From contig CM007992.1 in assembly GCA_002189035.1 (NCBI GenBank), positions 558,001 to 622,000 of the forward strand: a stretch of DNA of 64,000 nt, written 5' to 3'. Shown here in pieces: positions 28,101-39,838 of the stretch. Every line of letters starts with the position of its first letter. The first letter of the stretch is position 1. The notes under the pieces are model-generated. The model was not told the DNA's origin, ran no database searches, and saw nothing but the letters and a program-made list of their open reading frames with translations. The translations under genes and the position numbers were made by a program. The DNA is from Utricularia gibba (lineage: Eukaryota; Plantae; Magnoliophyta).

Positions 28101-29799
28101 CGATAACAAGGTTCATTATTGTTTCCATAGATGCAAAAATAACCTCTTCATGATGTGGTCTGACGGAAGAAAAAAAGATAGTTCACTAAGATAGTGATGT
28201 GATCTGGAAAAACTAGACTTTAGAACTCAGGCTGATTGTTCCTTGTAAAGATTGCACAACTAAATTGTCATGGAATGACGGAAGATGAATATTAAAAAGA
28301 CAATGGATGCAGTTAAAACAGCTACAGACAAAGATGATGCCTGTATTTCATTAGATCACAAATAACTGAGAATTTTAGGCAACATGCAAGAATCAGAGAG
28401 AGGTTGACTGCTTGTGTTTCTTAGATATCAAATCTGAGCAATACTACATGTGAGATGAAAGCCAAGATTACAAGAATCAACACGTGGTGTTGTTGAATTA
28501 CCTGATAGCTTTGAAAAAGTGAGCAAACATTTCTAGAATCATCTTGTCACATTCCAAATCCAACATTATAACACAGGATCTGACTTTAGCAACAGTTTCA
28601 AGTATAGTGGCCCTCTGTTGGTAAGATCTGTCAGACACATCTGGCAGGCCCTCAAATGATGATACAATTAACTGAAAGACGACCTGACACCAAAAGCAAG
28701 AGAGCAATGAGCACGGGCAGACTCAGGTGAGTACAGACATAGGGAGGGAAAGAGCCTTACCTTCATCTTCTCATCATCGTATGGTGCATCTGGGGCAGTA
28801 ATCCTGGTAATCTCACTAATACAAGAGGCAATGCCCACTCTTACATCAATATCAGAATGCTTCAAGAGCTCATCAGCTATGAGTGCACTCATTAGAGGGG
28901 CGAGAGCAGTTCGCATGGATTTGGTAGGTGACTGCTCCACCCTACATAGATGCTTCTCAATTTTCTGGGGAGGGAAGGAGGGGAGGGGTGCAGGCATAAG
29001 GGAGCAGCCAGAAATGGCGAAATAATGAGTAACCAACAAAAAGTTCAGTCAAGATTTCAGCATGAAGTTGAATATACAAAAACTGCATTTCAATAACACG
29101 TCCCAATTCCAAATGGGGATGCACACTAAAACATCATGCTCTCAAGGGAATGAGCATATGCAAAAAGAACAGGTTGTAAGACAGATCAAGTAGTGAGTCT
29201 GACAAAATTCTCCACAAGATTCACATCTAATCAGTGCACAACAAAGGATTTCAAATTGTCATATTATACAGACAAATGAGTTCAACGTCTAAGCATAAGC
29301 AGCAGTTTATATTTTCACAACTAATTACAAACAAGGATTATCACAGTACCCAGAAAATAGGTGCTTAAATCACTAAGCTAAAACATGTAAAAAAGCCACG
29401 TCCTTTTCTAAATAGAATGACACATATATTAGATCACGCCAAGTGTTAACTAAAAGAAACTAATTTAGAATTCATCTACATGGGCCTGTACACAGAAGCG
29501 GTATATAGTTTCTGATAGGACGACTAACTAGGAAGCAACACAACCAAAGTTCTTCTGAATTGCTAATGACTATATTCTTTGCCTCCAAAAATCTCTCAAC
29601 GTCATACGATAACTTCATATCAATCGCAAGAAACACTTTCATTTATTAAGCCATACAAATTCGCAAGGCACTATCAAAATATAGGGTGAACCTACATCCA
29701 GAAGCTTCAGAAGATCATCGCGCGACGTGGGGGCTTGAGAAGAGACTTCCCATACGTCGTAAGGCGCTCCTCTAGGTTTCTAATCGAACCCCGCTGCAT
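25113..29799 (-). CDS. PDS5-like (sister chromatid cohesion) protein with AT-hook and Tudor domain; two apparent 1-nt frameshifts
   Basis: N-terminal VEQSP..HSDIDVRVGIASCISEITRITAPDAPYDDEKMK; KVRSCVIMLDLEC; AT-hook KRGRGRPRK; Tudor GSKIKVWWPKDQMFYEGVVASFD; basic tail ..KSSKKRRR*. Frame breaks at 29729-29733 and 25296-25299. Confidence 0.85.
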
Positions 29800-30285
29800 C
29801 CTTCTTCTCTCGTCCTGTAATCCAGATATTCCTGAGAACAGACCAGTCAGTCACACGACCCGCAATATGATCCCAAAGTCAAGCCAAAAGTTCTTGCCTC
29901 CTGGAAAAAAAGGAGTTTCCTTGCTGCCAACCAACAGGATTTTGATTCCGGCGCGAAGATTCCTTGAAACCCTAGCCTTTATTGTAGCATCGGAGGTTCA
30001 AGAAAAGCCGAAATGAAGTGTTGCAGAGTCAGACAACCTCCATGCCTTTTTAAGAAGGACCCCTTCATTCACAGGAATTGGTCTTTGTTTCTGCGTAAAA
30101 TTGCATTTTTCAAAGGCTGCTGATCTGTTACCAGATTCCCATGGAAGACAGTTTTTAGATGCAGATTTTAATTCAATTGGATTAGGGTTTTATATTCAAC
30201 TGATTCCAACTAACTCTATAACTTAACAAAAAAAAAGTTGATTACAAAGCTAATTGTTCTGATTGCTGAGACTCCACTGAAGAGA

Positions 30286-33200
30286 TCAGTCATTTGGTAA
30301 CAATGACTCTTTATCACCCTCTTCCAGTTTCCTTATGCATAGCTTGTGTTCTGAACCTGGTATGTGATGCAATACAATGGAATCATCATCTTTGATGTCT
30401 CCCTTCAATATCTTCATTGCAACCTCATTTTCAACCATTTGTTGTATCACCCGTTTTACTGGCCTCGCACCGAAATTTGGATCATATCCCAAGTTCATCA
30501 GTACCTGTACTGCTTCCTGTGTGTAATGGAACTTGATGTTTTTCTGTCGCAGCCTTTCTCTTACGCGGTTAAGCTGCATAAACGGAGGGATATCTCAATG
30601 GGGGACAGCAGAGTAATGGAGTAGAAAAGGTCACAATTATAGTATGACAGAGGCAACCACCAGCTCAAGTAGCCAACAAAATAAAATAACATTTCATTTT
30701 AAAACTAAGTATTACAGTAAAATCATTGAATCATAATGAAGTAGAAAAAGTGGCATACCTGAATTTCTACTACTTTACTTATCTGATCCAAGTCCAATGG
30801 TTGGAAGACGATGAATTCATCGATACGATTCATGAACTCCGGTCGAAAAGTTTGTCTTGCGAAGTCTATAACCTGTCTTTTCATCATATCATAAACAGCG
30901 TCCTTACTAGACACTGTATCTTTCAAGGTTTCAAGAATGTAATGAGATCCAATGTTGGATGTCATGATGAGAACCGTGTTTGTGAAGGAAACTGTTCTTC
31001 CTTGTGAATCTGTTATTCTTCCATCATCCAACAACTGAAGAAGGATGTTAAATACATCATGATGTGCCTTCTCAATCTCATCAAATAAGACAATACAATA
31101 TGGCCTCCTCCGAACAACTTCTGTTAGCTGCCCACCCTCTTCATATCCCACATATCCAGGTGGTGCACCAATCAACCTTGAAACTGCATGCTTTTCCATA
31201 TATTCACTCATATCAATTCGAACCAGAGCATGTTCAGAATCAAAGAGGTAACCAGCAAGAGCTTTTGCAAGTTCAGTTTTGCCTACACCAGTTGGCCCCA
31301 TGAACATGAAACTTGCTATGGGACGATAAGGGTCAGAAAGGCCCGCCCTTGATCGACGTATTGCATCTGCTACGGATTTCACAGCCATATCTTGTCCAAC
31401 AACTCTTCTGTGAAGAACCTCCTCCAACAGGACAAGCTTCTCCTTCTCACTCTGTTGGAGGTTAGAAATTGGTATACCAGTCCATCTGCTGACAATCTCT
31501 GCTATGTCAACATCTGTAACTTCCTCCCTCAATAGCGCCTTCTCAGATTTCCGATAATCAGCAATACTGTTTTCAGCTTGCTCTAGTTGACGCTGGAGGG
31601 ATATTAGTGTACCATATTTGAGTTCAGCTGCACGGTTGAGGTCGTATTCACGTTCTGCAGCTTCCATTTCTAGGTTAACCCTGTCAATCTGTTTCAAAAC
31701 CGATCAGATGGACTAACATATATAACTTGAGTTCATGTCAGAAGAAGCACAAAAACTCTACCTCTTCTTTGATTGATCGCACTTGGTTCATGAGAACCTT
31801 TTCATTTCCCCACTGCTCATTTAATTCCTTCTGCCGTTGTTTCAGAGTTTCTAGATCGTTATTCAGCTTCAGCAGCCGCTCCTTAGAAGCTTTAGCTGTG
31901 TCATTTATCAGAGACAGCTTCTCCATTTCCAGCTTAAGCACTGCCCTATCAATCTCATCCAACTCAGTTGGTTTGGAAGTGATTTCCATCTTTAATTTTG
32001 CAGCAGATTCATCCACAAGATCAATCGCTGTTATCAGATTATATCAGCAAAATAATGAAATTTAGAATTTGTATAGGACACCACGGCATCATAGCAATAC
32101 AATGAATGCTTAATAAACACAGAAAAGCATAAAGGTGAGTAAAAAAATTGTGCAGAAAAAGTACCCTTATCTGGTAAGAAACGCCCTGTTATGTATCTGT
32201 CCGAAAGAATGGCTGCTGAAACTAGAGCGTTGTCAGATATTTTCACTCCATGGTGCAGTTCATAACGTTCACGTAAGCCACGCAAAATTGAGATCGTGTC
32301 TTCCACAGATGGCTGCCCACAGAAAACCTGTTGAAATCTTCTCTCCAAAGCAGGATCCTTTTCAATGTACTTTCTGTATTCATTCAGTGTGGTAGCTCCT
32401 ATGCATCTTAGTTCACCTCGTCCAAGCATAGGTTTCAAAAGGTTTCCAGCATCCATGGCACCTCCAGTAGCTCCTGATAATGTTTAAATATTTTTTTCTC
32501 AAGACAAGAATGCTTGACACAAGCAAACACTACGACAAAAGCTACCAACCAACACTTGTAACTTAATTCTATGCAATGTTGAATTTAGATACCTGCACCA
32601 ACAACAGTGTGAATTTCATCAATAAATAGAATAATCTGGCCATTGGAAGCAGAAACTTCCTTCAGAACAGCCTTCAACCTTTCCTCAAAATCTCCCCTAT
32701 ATTTCGCACCAGCAAGAAGGGAGCCCATGTCCAACGAGATCAACTATCAAGTAAAAGAAATTAAATGCACAAATTAGACTTGTAATTCTATTAGTTTGAT
32801 TCATGATGTCAGTGGATTAGTCTACACAAAACAAATGAGGAAAAGGTAAATTAAATACATTGTTCAGAGGTACAAATAATAGAAACCAGAGGTCTCCCTA
32901 ATATCGACAGTAGAAACATACCTTTCGATTTAACAATGGTTCTGGAACATCTCCACGAACAATCCTTTGCGCCAATCTGAATGGAACAAGATATTTTTGT
33001 GTGACTAACTTATGCGTACGACATATAGACATTCTTAAAGTGCATACCCTTCAGCAATTGCTGTTTTCCCAACTCCAGGTTCCCCAATTATAACAGGATT
33101 ATTCTTTGTTCGACGTGATAAAATTTGAATACATCTTCTTATTTCGTCATCACGACCAATAACAGGATCAAGTTTCCCACGCCTTGCAAGCTCAGTTAAA

Positions 33201-34239
33201 TCATTTCCGTACTTTTCAAGGGCTTCATACTTACCTTCTGGATCTATATTTTAAAACAGAAAACTTTGAGTAACGTGTAAACAGGTAAAAGAAAAAAACT
33301 ACCAATATCAATATAAGTATTAAACACATTGCATTCTTCCTAAATAAGAAAATTATGCGCTCAACAATTTGTAACAGCATACTCTGATCAAGTACTCTTT
33401 GACTTCCACGAACAGCCTGCACAGCATCCTTCAAATTCTTTTCACTTATTTGAAGATTTTGAAATAGCTGCTTCCCAAATCTCGTGTCCAAAGAAAGTGC
33501 CAGCACTAAATGCTCAACAGATACAAATGCATCCTGCATGTCCTTTTTGAACCTTCTTGCATCCTCTAAAACCGCACCAAAGTGAGAGCCGACAATAGGA
33601 CCACTGGTGTTCCCAGAAACCTGCAATTAAAAAGATAAGAAACATCCCAACTTCCTGTACTCGGTATGCCCTAAAACACGGTACCTTCGGTTGTTGAGAA
33701 ATAAACTTTTCTGTAAGCTGTAGAAGATGACTGTTATCGATGCCAGCTTTGGTGAATATTCGTCTCGCCAATCCGTCCTTTTGTTCCAACAGAGCCTTCA
33801 TGAGATGCTCAGTTTCCACTACTTGATTGTTGCTATGTCGTGCTGCATCCAGAGAGGCTACAATTCCATCCCATGCCATCTCAGTGAACTCCGAGTTACT
33901 TATCTGCTAACAAAAAGTAGTCTTTACAAGAAACAAGACTACAAATCGACTACTACGAGCAATAATCAGACTAATTTTCAGCACCTGATTGGGAGCAGTA
34001 TTGGCAGAATACATACGCACAGTCCAAGGTCCCGGAACGATTTTTCTGATGGATGCTACACCGGAAGGACTGAACAGAACCTCAGATAAATCGCGTCCGT
34101 ACAGAGCTCCCGCCGCGCGGGCATAAGGTCGTAGTCGCTGAATTAAAGCACGATCATGAGCTGATCGCCGAGAAGAATACCAGATTGCAGCGGCCGACCG
34201 ACTCAGCCGCCCCACCGTTAAGCTTCTCCGTGACAACAT
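30286..34239 (-). CDS. CLPB4: Mitochondrial ClpB/Hsp101 chaperone, multi-exon
   Basis: Arg-rich presequence [14 protein letters not shown]; N-domain [15 protein letters not shown]; NBD1 Walker [14 protein letters not shown]; NBD2 [25 protein letters not shown]; C-terminal [17 protein letters not shown]. Junctions checked are canonical. Confidence 0.95.
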
Positions 34240-35176
34240 CCCGCGAAACTGAATCACAATTGGGCTCAGACGCGATTGTTAGGATCGATATATTTGGTGT
34301 ACTTGCGATCAAACTTAAATACGATATTACACATACATACTATATAGAAATAAGGGGATAAATTTCTCTATTATCTCCAAAATTGTATCTTAGATTTTAC
34401 CTAAAACAGATAATTCAAAATCTAAATATATATTCTTGTGAATCTTGAAAATATAATTTATATATGATATAAATATATTTGAATATGATCATATCTAAAA
34501 CAAATTGGATATATTTGACTGCTGCAAGCTGATCTACTCTCCATCGAAAATAGTTGCAATATTAGAGGCTTCCTTGACCTTTTACCTCAGTCATATACAT
34601 TATATTTATGTTTTATTATACTAAAAAGTTATTTATAAGTTACCTTCATTTATCAAATAGTTCATTAATATTCTTTTTTTTAAAATGATTACAAAAAAAT
34701 GTGATGTATTGTTCTAAAACTTTTTTTTTTGTATAAATAAGATTTTGAATACTATTTTTATAATAATGATAAAAAATAAAATAAATTTTATGAATAAATA
34801 TTAAAAATACAATGAAATGGAATATATTTATTGATAAAATTTGACATCAACAAAATTATTATGTAAGATAAATGAGTATTTTATTCCAAATATATTTATT
34901 GCATTAAAATTAACCAAACTCTTCATATTGGCAGTTAAATAAAAAAATAATTTGATAAAATGTATTTAATTAAAAATAGAATTAAAAAAACATAATAAAT
35001 TCTATCATAAATAAACGACGTTATGGGTAACGCCGTCCCTTGTTGATGTATTGTGTTTGCTACAAATTTTACAATCATATCCTATCCAACAACTTTTCTA
35101 TGAAGAATCTGCTCCAACAGAACAAGCTTAACAAACTAAAAACAATATTACAGAATATTGAAAATCTGAAAAACTA

Positions 35177-35311
35177 CTATTGAGGAAGTAAGTTACAAAT
35201 GTTCACATAGCAGAAATTGTGAGCAGATGAAATGGCGTAAGAAATCAATATAACAGTCCATCTGCTCACAATCTCTACTATTTCAACATCTGTAACTTCC
35301 TCCCTTAATAG
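35177..35311. repeat. Short inverted repeat: arms 35177-35230 and 35257-35311, loop 26 nt
   Basis: 45/54 positions match in an ungapped alignment; both arms derive from the ClpB4 [18 protein letters not shown] exon. Confidence 0.9.
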
Positions 35312-35572
35312 AGCCTTTTCAAATTTCCGATGATGTTTTCAGCTTGCTTTAGTTGATGCTGGAGGGATGCTAGCATGCCATGTTTCAGTTCAGCTGCACG
35401 TTGGAGGTTGTATTGACGTTCTAAAGCTTCCATCTCTTGGTTAACCCTGTCAATCTGTTTAAAAAACAATCAGATAGACTAAATAACAGGGTATTTTCTT
35501 ACCAGATAAGAGTGCTTTTTCTGCATGTTTTTTTACTCCTAATGCTGTTCTGTGTATAGTGAATACTCATTG

Positions 35573-36259
35573 TATTGCTATAATTCTCTGATGGTCTATA
35601 CAGGCTATAAATTTTATTGTTTTGCTGATATAATTTGAATGTTCATATAATAGCCATTGACCTTGTGGACGAATCTGCTGCAAAATTAAAGATGACAGAG
35701 TTGGATGAGATTGAGAGGGCAGCAGTTAAGCTAGAAATGGAGAAACTGTCTCTAAAAAACAACACAACTAAAGATTCTAAGGAACAACTGTTGAAACTGG
35801 AATATGGTCTCGAAACTCTTAAACAACGGCAGAAGGAATTAAATGAATCAAATGAACAATGGGGAAATGAAAAAGGTCTCATGAACCAAGAGCGATCTAT
35901 CAAAGAAGAGATAGAGTTTTTGCTCTTCTTCTGACACGGATTCAAGAATAACCTTTTCATCTCCCCATTGCACATATAATTCCTTCTACCATTGTTTAAA
36001 AATTTCTAGATCATTATCCAACTTCAACAGCTTTTTAGAAGTTTTAGCTGTGTCATATTTTTCAGACAGCTCTCCGTTTCCAGTTTAAGCACTGCCCTGT
36101 CAATCTTATCCAACTCAGTCGGCTTGGAAGTGATTTCCATCTTTAATTTTGCAACAGATTCGTCCACATGATCAATGGCTGTCACAAAAACATTCAGATT
36201 ATATCAGCAAAACAATGAAATTTAGAGTTTGTATAGGTCACCATGGCATCATAGCAATA
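35573..36259. repeat. Long inverted repeat: arms about 35573-35885 and 35941-36259, loop about 55 nt
   Basis: Both arms are copies of the ClpB4 intron + [18 protein letters not shown] exon in opposite orientation, roughly 80% identical by eye. Confidence 0.9.
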
Positions 36260-37434
36260 TTGATATTTTCACTCCATGGTGCAGTTCATAAAGCTCACGT
36301 AAGCCACGCAAAATTGAGACTGTCTTCCACAGATGGCTGCCCACAGAAAACCTGCTGAAATCTTCTCTTCAAAGCAGGATCCTTTTCTATGTACTTTCTG
36401 TATTCATTCAGTGTGGTAGCCCCTATGCATCTTTGTTCACCTCGCCCAAGCATAGGCTTCAACAAGTTTCCAGCATCCATGGCACCTCCAGTAGCTCCTG
36501 ATAATGTTCAAATAATTTTTTTCTCAAGACCAAAATGCTAAACCTTGACACAAGCAAAGACTACGACAAAAGCTATCAACCAACACTTGTAACTTAATTC
36601 TATGCAGTGTTGAATTTAGATACCTGCACCAAAAACAGTGTGTATTTCATCAATAAATAGAATAATCTGGTCATTGGAAGCAGAAACTTCCTTCAGAATA
36701 GCCTTCAAACTTTCCTCAAAATCTCCCCTATATTTCGCACCAGCAAGAAGGGAGCCCATGTCCAAGGAGATCAACTACAAGGTGAATGAAAGTAAATGCA
36801 CAGATTAGACTCATAATTCTATTAGTTTGACTCATGATGCCAGTGGATTAGTCTACACAAGACAAATGATGAAAAAAGTAAATAAACTACATTCTCGAGA
36901 GGTGCAAATAATAGAAACCAGAGGCCTCCCTAATACTGCATGCGAGTTGCTCTCTTATATCGACAGTAGAAACATACCTTTTGATTCAACAACGGTTCTG
37001 GAACATCTACACGAACAGTCCTCTATGCCAATCTGAATAGAACAGTGTATTTTCATGTGAACAGCTTATGCATACAACAAATACAAATGCATCCTCCATG
37101 TCCTTTTTCAACCTTCTTGCCCGAAAATGAGAGCCAGACCACTGTGTTCCCAGAAACCTGCAATTAAAAAGATAAAAAGCATCCCAACTAACTGTACCTA
37201 TGCCAGCTTTCCTGTTAGCCGTACAAGATTATGCCAGCTTTGGTGAATATTCCTCTGGCCAACCCGTACTTTTGTTGAGCCTTCATAAGATGCTCAGTTT
37301 CCACTACTTAATTTTGCTGCATCCAAAGAGGCTACAATTCCATCCCATGAATAAAACAAAAGATGATGTTAAATTTTGAAATGGGCACAAAAGATGATGT
37401 TAAAAATCGGCAATTGTTCCTGTGGAGGAGAATA

Positions 37435-39550
37435 CAACAATGTCATAAATTAGAGACACACAATTGGTAATTAATTTTGAAATGGTTAATTTAGGAGAGT
37501 GCATCAATATTATCATGTTTATTGTCATTTTTCATTTTTATAAGTTTAAGCTGTTTAATCGTATTTGAACATTTTACTTTTATTTAAAAATAAATAAATA
37601 TAAAAGAATTCTATTTGATGTTAAGATGTAAATAAATGATTTATAATCAACAAAAATTCTATAAGCTTGAAACATAATTTATTTTTAAAAATATTTTTTT
37701 ATTTATTCTTTACTTTTTCAAAGCACTTTAAATTTCATTTTTAATTGCATCAATTAAATTTATCATTTACTTTTATTGGAAAAATAATACAACACACATC
37801 TTATTTTTTTTTCAAAATAATTTATTGTATATCTATTAATTCTATGAGAATTGATAATTAGTTTGTATTTCTAAACATATATTTGTATTTATAACATTAG
37901 GCAGCCTCGTATGTAATGTATCCAAATTGAAATTTTGTTTACAATAATATCTAAAAATAGTTTTATTATAACACACAAACTATTTTATTTAAAAAATTAA
38001 AAAGACTTAAATAGTTCATAGGTACTTTCCCAATACACCCAAGGAGTAACCGCAATTAGAAACTTGCAGAAGAATACAGTAACCAATTTTATAAGGAATT
38101 GCGGCTTCTAGAAACCCGAGTTCATTCGATGGTTCCAGGGTTTGCTCCGAACCCGGTTTGGCGTGACCCGAACCAGTTGATCATATATATCATAAAAGTT
38201 GTTCATATTTCTAATACCCACAATTGCAATCTTTTAAAATTAATGGTTGAAACTCTTTCCATTAATAGTTTACCTTTTTTAACCGCCTTCTATTTTCAGG
38301 ACGAGCTTAAAATTCGTAGGGGTTTCCATTAATAGTTCATCTTTGTTAACCGCTCTCTAATCTCCATCTGGTATCATTTCAAGGGAGGAATCAGTAATTA
38401 AATTCCACAGCATTATTGCAGGTTTAATTACCTCGCTCCAACTCCAATCCTGGTTTCTGATTCTTCTTGTGTATTCACACGAAGAGGAAAGGTATGGGTC
38501 CCATCAATTGCCTGAAGGGAACCGGCACCGACGAAGAGGAAGTGCAGGCCAAAGACAAGCAGAAGGCCGGCAATTTGAAACTGAGGCTGAAGAACGTGGA
38601 GAGAAGTTGGTCCGGCAACTTGGGGCGCAATCCTCCTAAGGCGAAGCCTGATCTGAACAAATCAAGGAGCGGGTGGCTGGGGAACCCGAAAGGCGGTCCG
38701 ATGGTCGACCCGGGACCCGATCCGGATACGCCGCGATTGATGCGGAGCAGCGGGATGAGAAGGGATTGGAGCTTCGAGGATCCTCGCGAAATCATGCGCG
38801 GTTGAAATTGAGGAGGAGATTGATCATTCTTTTGGATTTTATTTAATCTTGAAATAAAATGTTGATTCTATTATTTTTTCAAAATGTTTATAATATTATT
38901 TTTGCGATTTCAAAAGAATAATCCATTCTTTTTTTTTTTGTTGCAAAATAACACAAAAGATGATGGATCTCACTTGAGAGAATACAAATATTCCCATGCA
39001 ACAGAATAAACAATGTCACATGTATTAGACACACACAATTGGTAATTAATTTTGGAATGGTGCATCAATATTGTAATGTTTGTTGTCATTTTTATTGTAT
39101 TACAAAAATTTTTCATTTTATGTGAGTTTAAGATGTTTAATCTTATTAGAACATTTTATTTTTAATTAAAAAGAGTTTAAATAAGAAAAAAAGAATTTTA
39201 TTAGGTAATAAGATGTAAATAAATGATTTACAATCAACAAAACCCATAAACTTGAGACATAATTGTATTTCTTCATGTATTTTATTACCTTTTCAAAACA
39301 CTTCAATTTCATTTTTATTGTATCAATTAATTTTATTTTTACTTTTACTTGGAAAATAATATAACAGTTGAGATTTTGGGCATCCATTTTTGGAATGGTT
39401 CTAAATATATTGATAATTAGAGTTTAATTCCAAATATACATTTTTTATTTATGATATTTGGTAGCTTTTTGTGTAGTATGCCAATTCAGGTTTTGTTTAG
39501 AAGATCTTTTTTTGGATAAACATTTAATAAATAGTTTTGTTATTAAATAT
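37435..39550. repeat. About 550-bp AT-rich direct repeats (about 37435-37990 and 39010-39550)
   Basis: Shared blocks include acacacaattggtaattaattttg, gtgcatcaatatt, aagatgtaaataaatgattta.aatcaacaaaa and ttgataattag, collinear in both copies. Confidence 0.82.
38494..38805 (+). CDS. Small uncharacterised protein ending PRLMRSSGMRRDWSFEDP
   Basis: GC-rich ORF in AT-rich DNA. The C-terminal R-S-x-G-M-R-R-D-W-S-F-E-D motif is recalled from small uncharacterised plant proteins. Start codon uncertain. Confidence 0.6.
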   Translation: MGPINCLKGTGTDEEEVQAKDKQKAGNLKLRLKNVERSWSGNLGRNPPKAKPDLNKSRSGWLGNPKGGPMVDPGPDPDTPRLMRSSGMRRDWSFEDPREIMRG

Positions 39551-39838
39551 GAAAGATTTTTAAAAAAACGTAAAAATTTAAATGCATTCATTATTTTTAA
39601 GAAATTAAAAAATATATTTTGTTATAATAACTTCTCAAAGAACACTTTTTGAGAAGGTATATTAAAAAAATTTTAATACATAAATATTTACATATGATGC
39701 AAAGGATAAAAAGGTGAAGGTATTTTCTATTAGAATGTACATCAGCCTTTACATGTAAAAAAAAAAAAGTGTTATCAGGCTGCACGCATGCATATTTTGT
39801 GGTTACCTTCTTCAGAAGAAGAACTCTCTGTCAGTTGA

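Larger units (their letters stand above)
35044..37350 (-). pseudogene. CLPB4: Rearranged, degenerate tandem duplicate of ClpB4 retaining introns, with internal inversions
   Basis: Exon and intron sequence matches parent 33880-31370. It lacks exon 1, has deletions (about 33025-33517 and 32097-32195 of the parent), a frameshift after PSVED, and segments on both strands. Confidence 0.92.

Noticed and set aside
34260-35040. Heat-shock element in the ClpB4 promoter
   Set aside because: No convincing three-unit nGAAn array was found; partial matches are expected by chance in AT-rich DNA.
35635-35934. 99-aa plus-strand ORF resembling the ClpB coiled-coil as a functional microprotein
   Set aside because: It is one arm of the inverted duplication, runs from intron sequence into intron sequence, lacks EITSKP, and shows no sign of independent gene structure.
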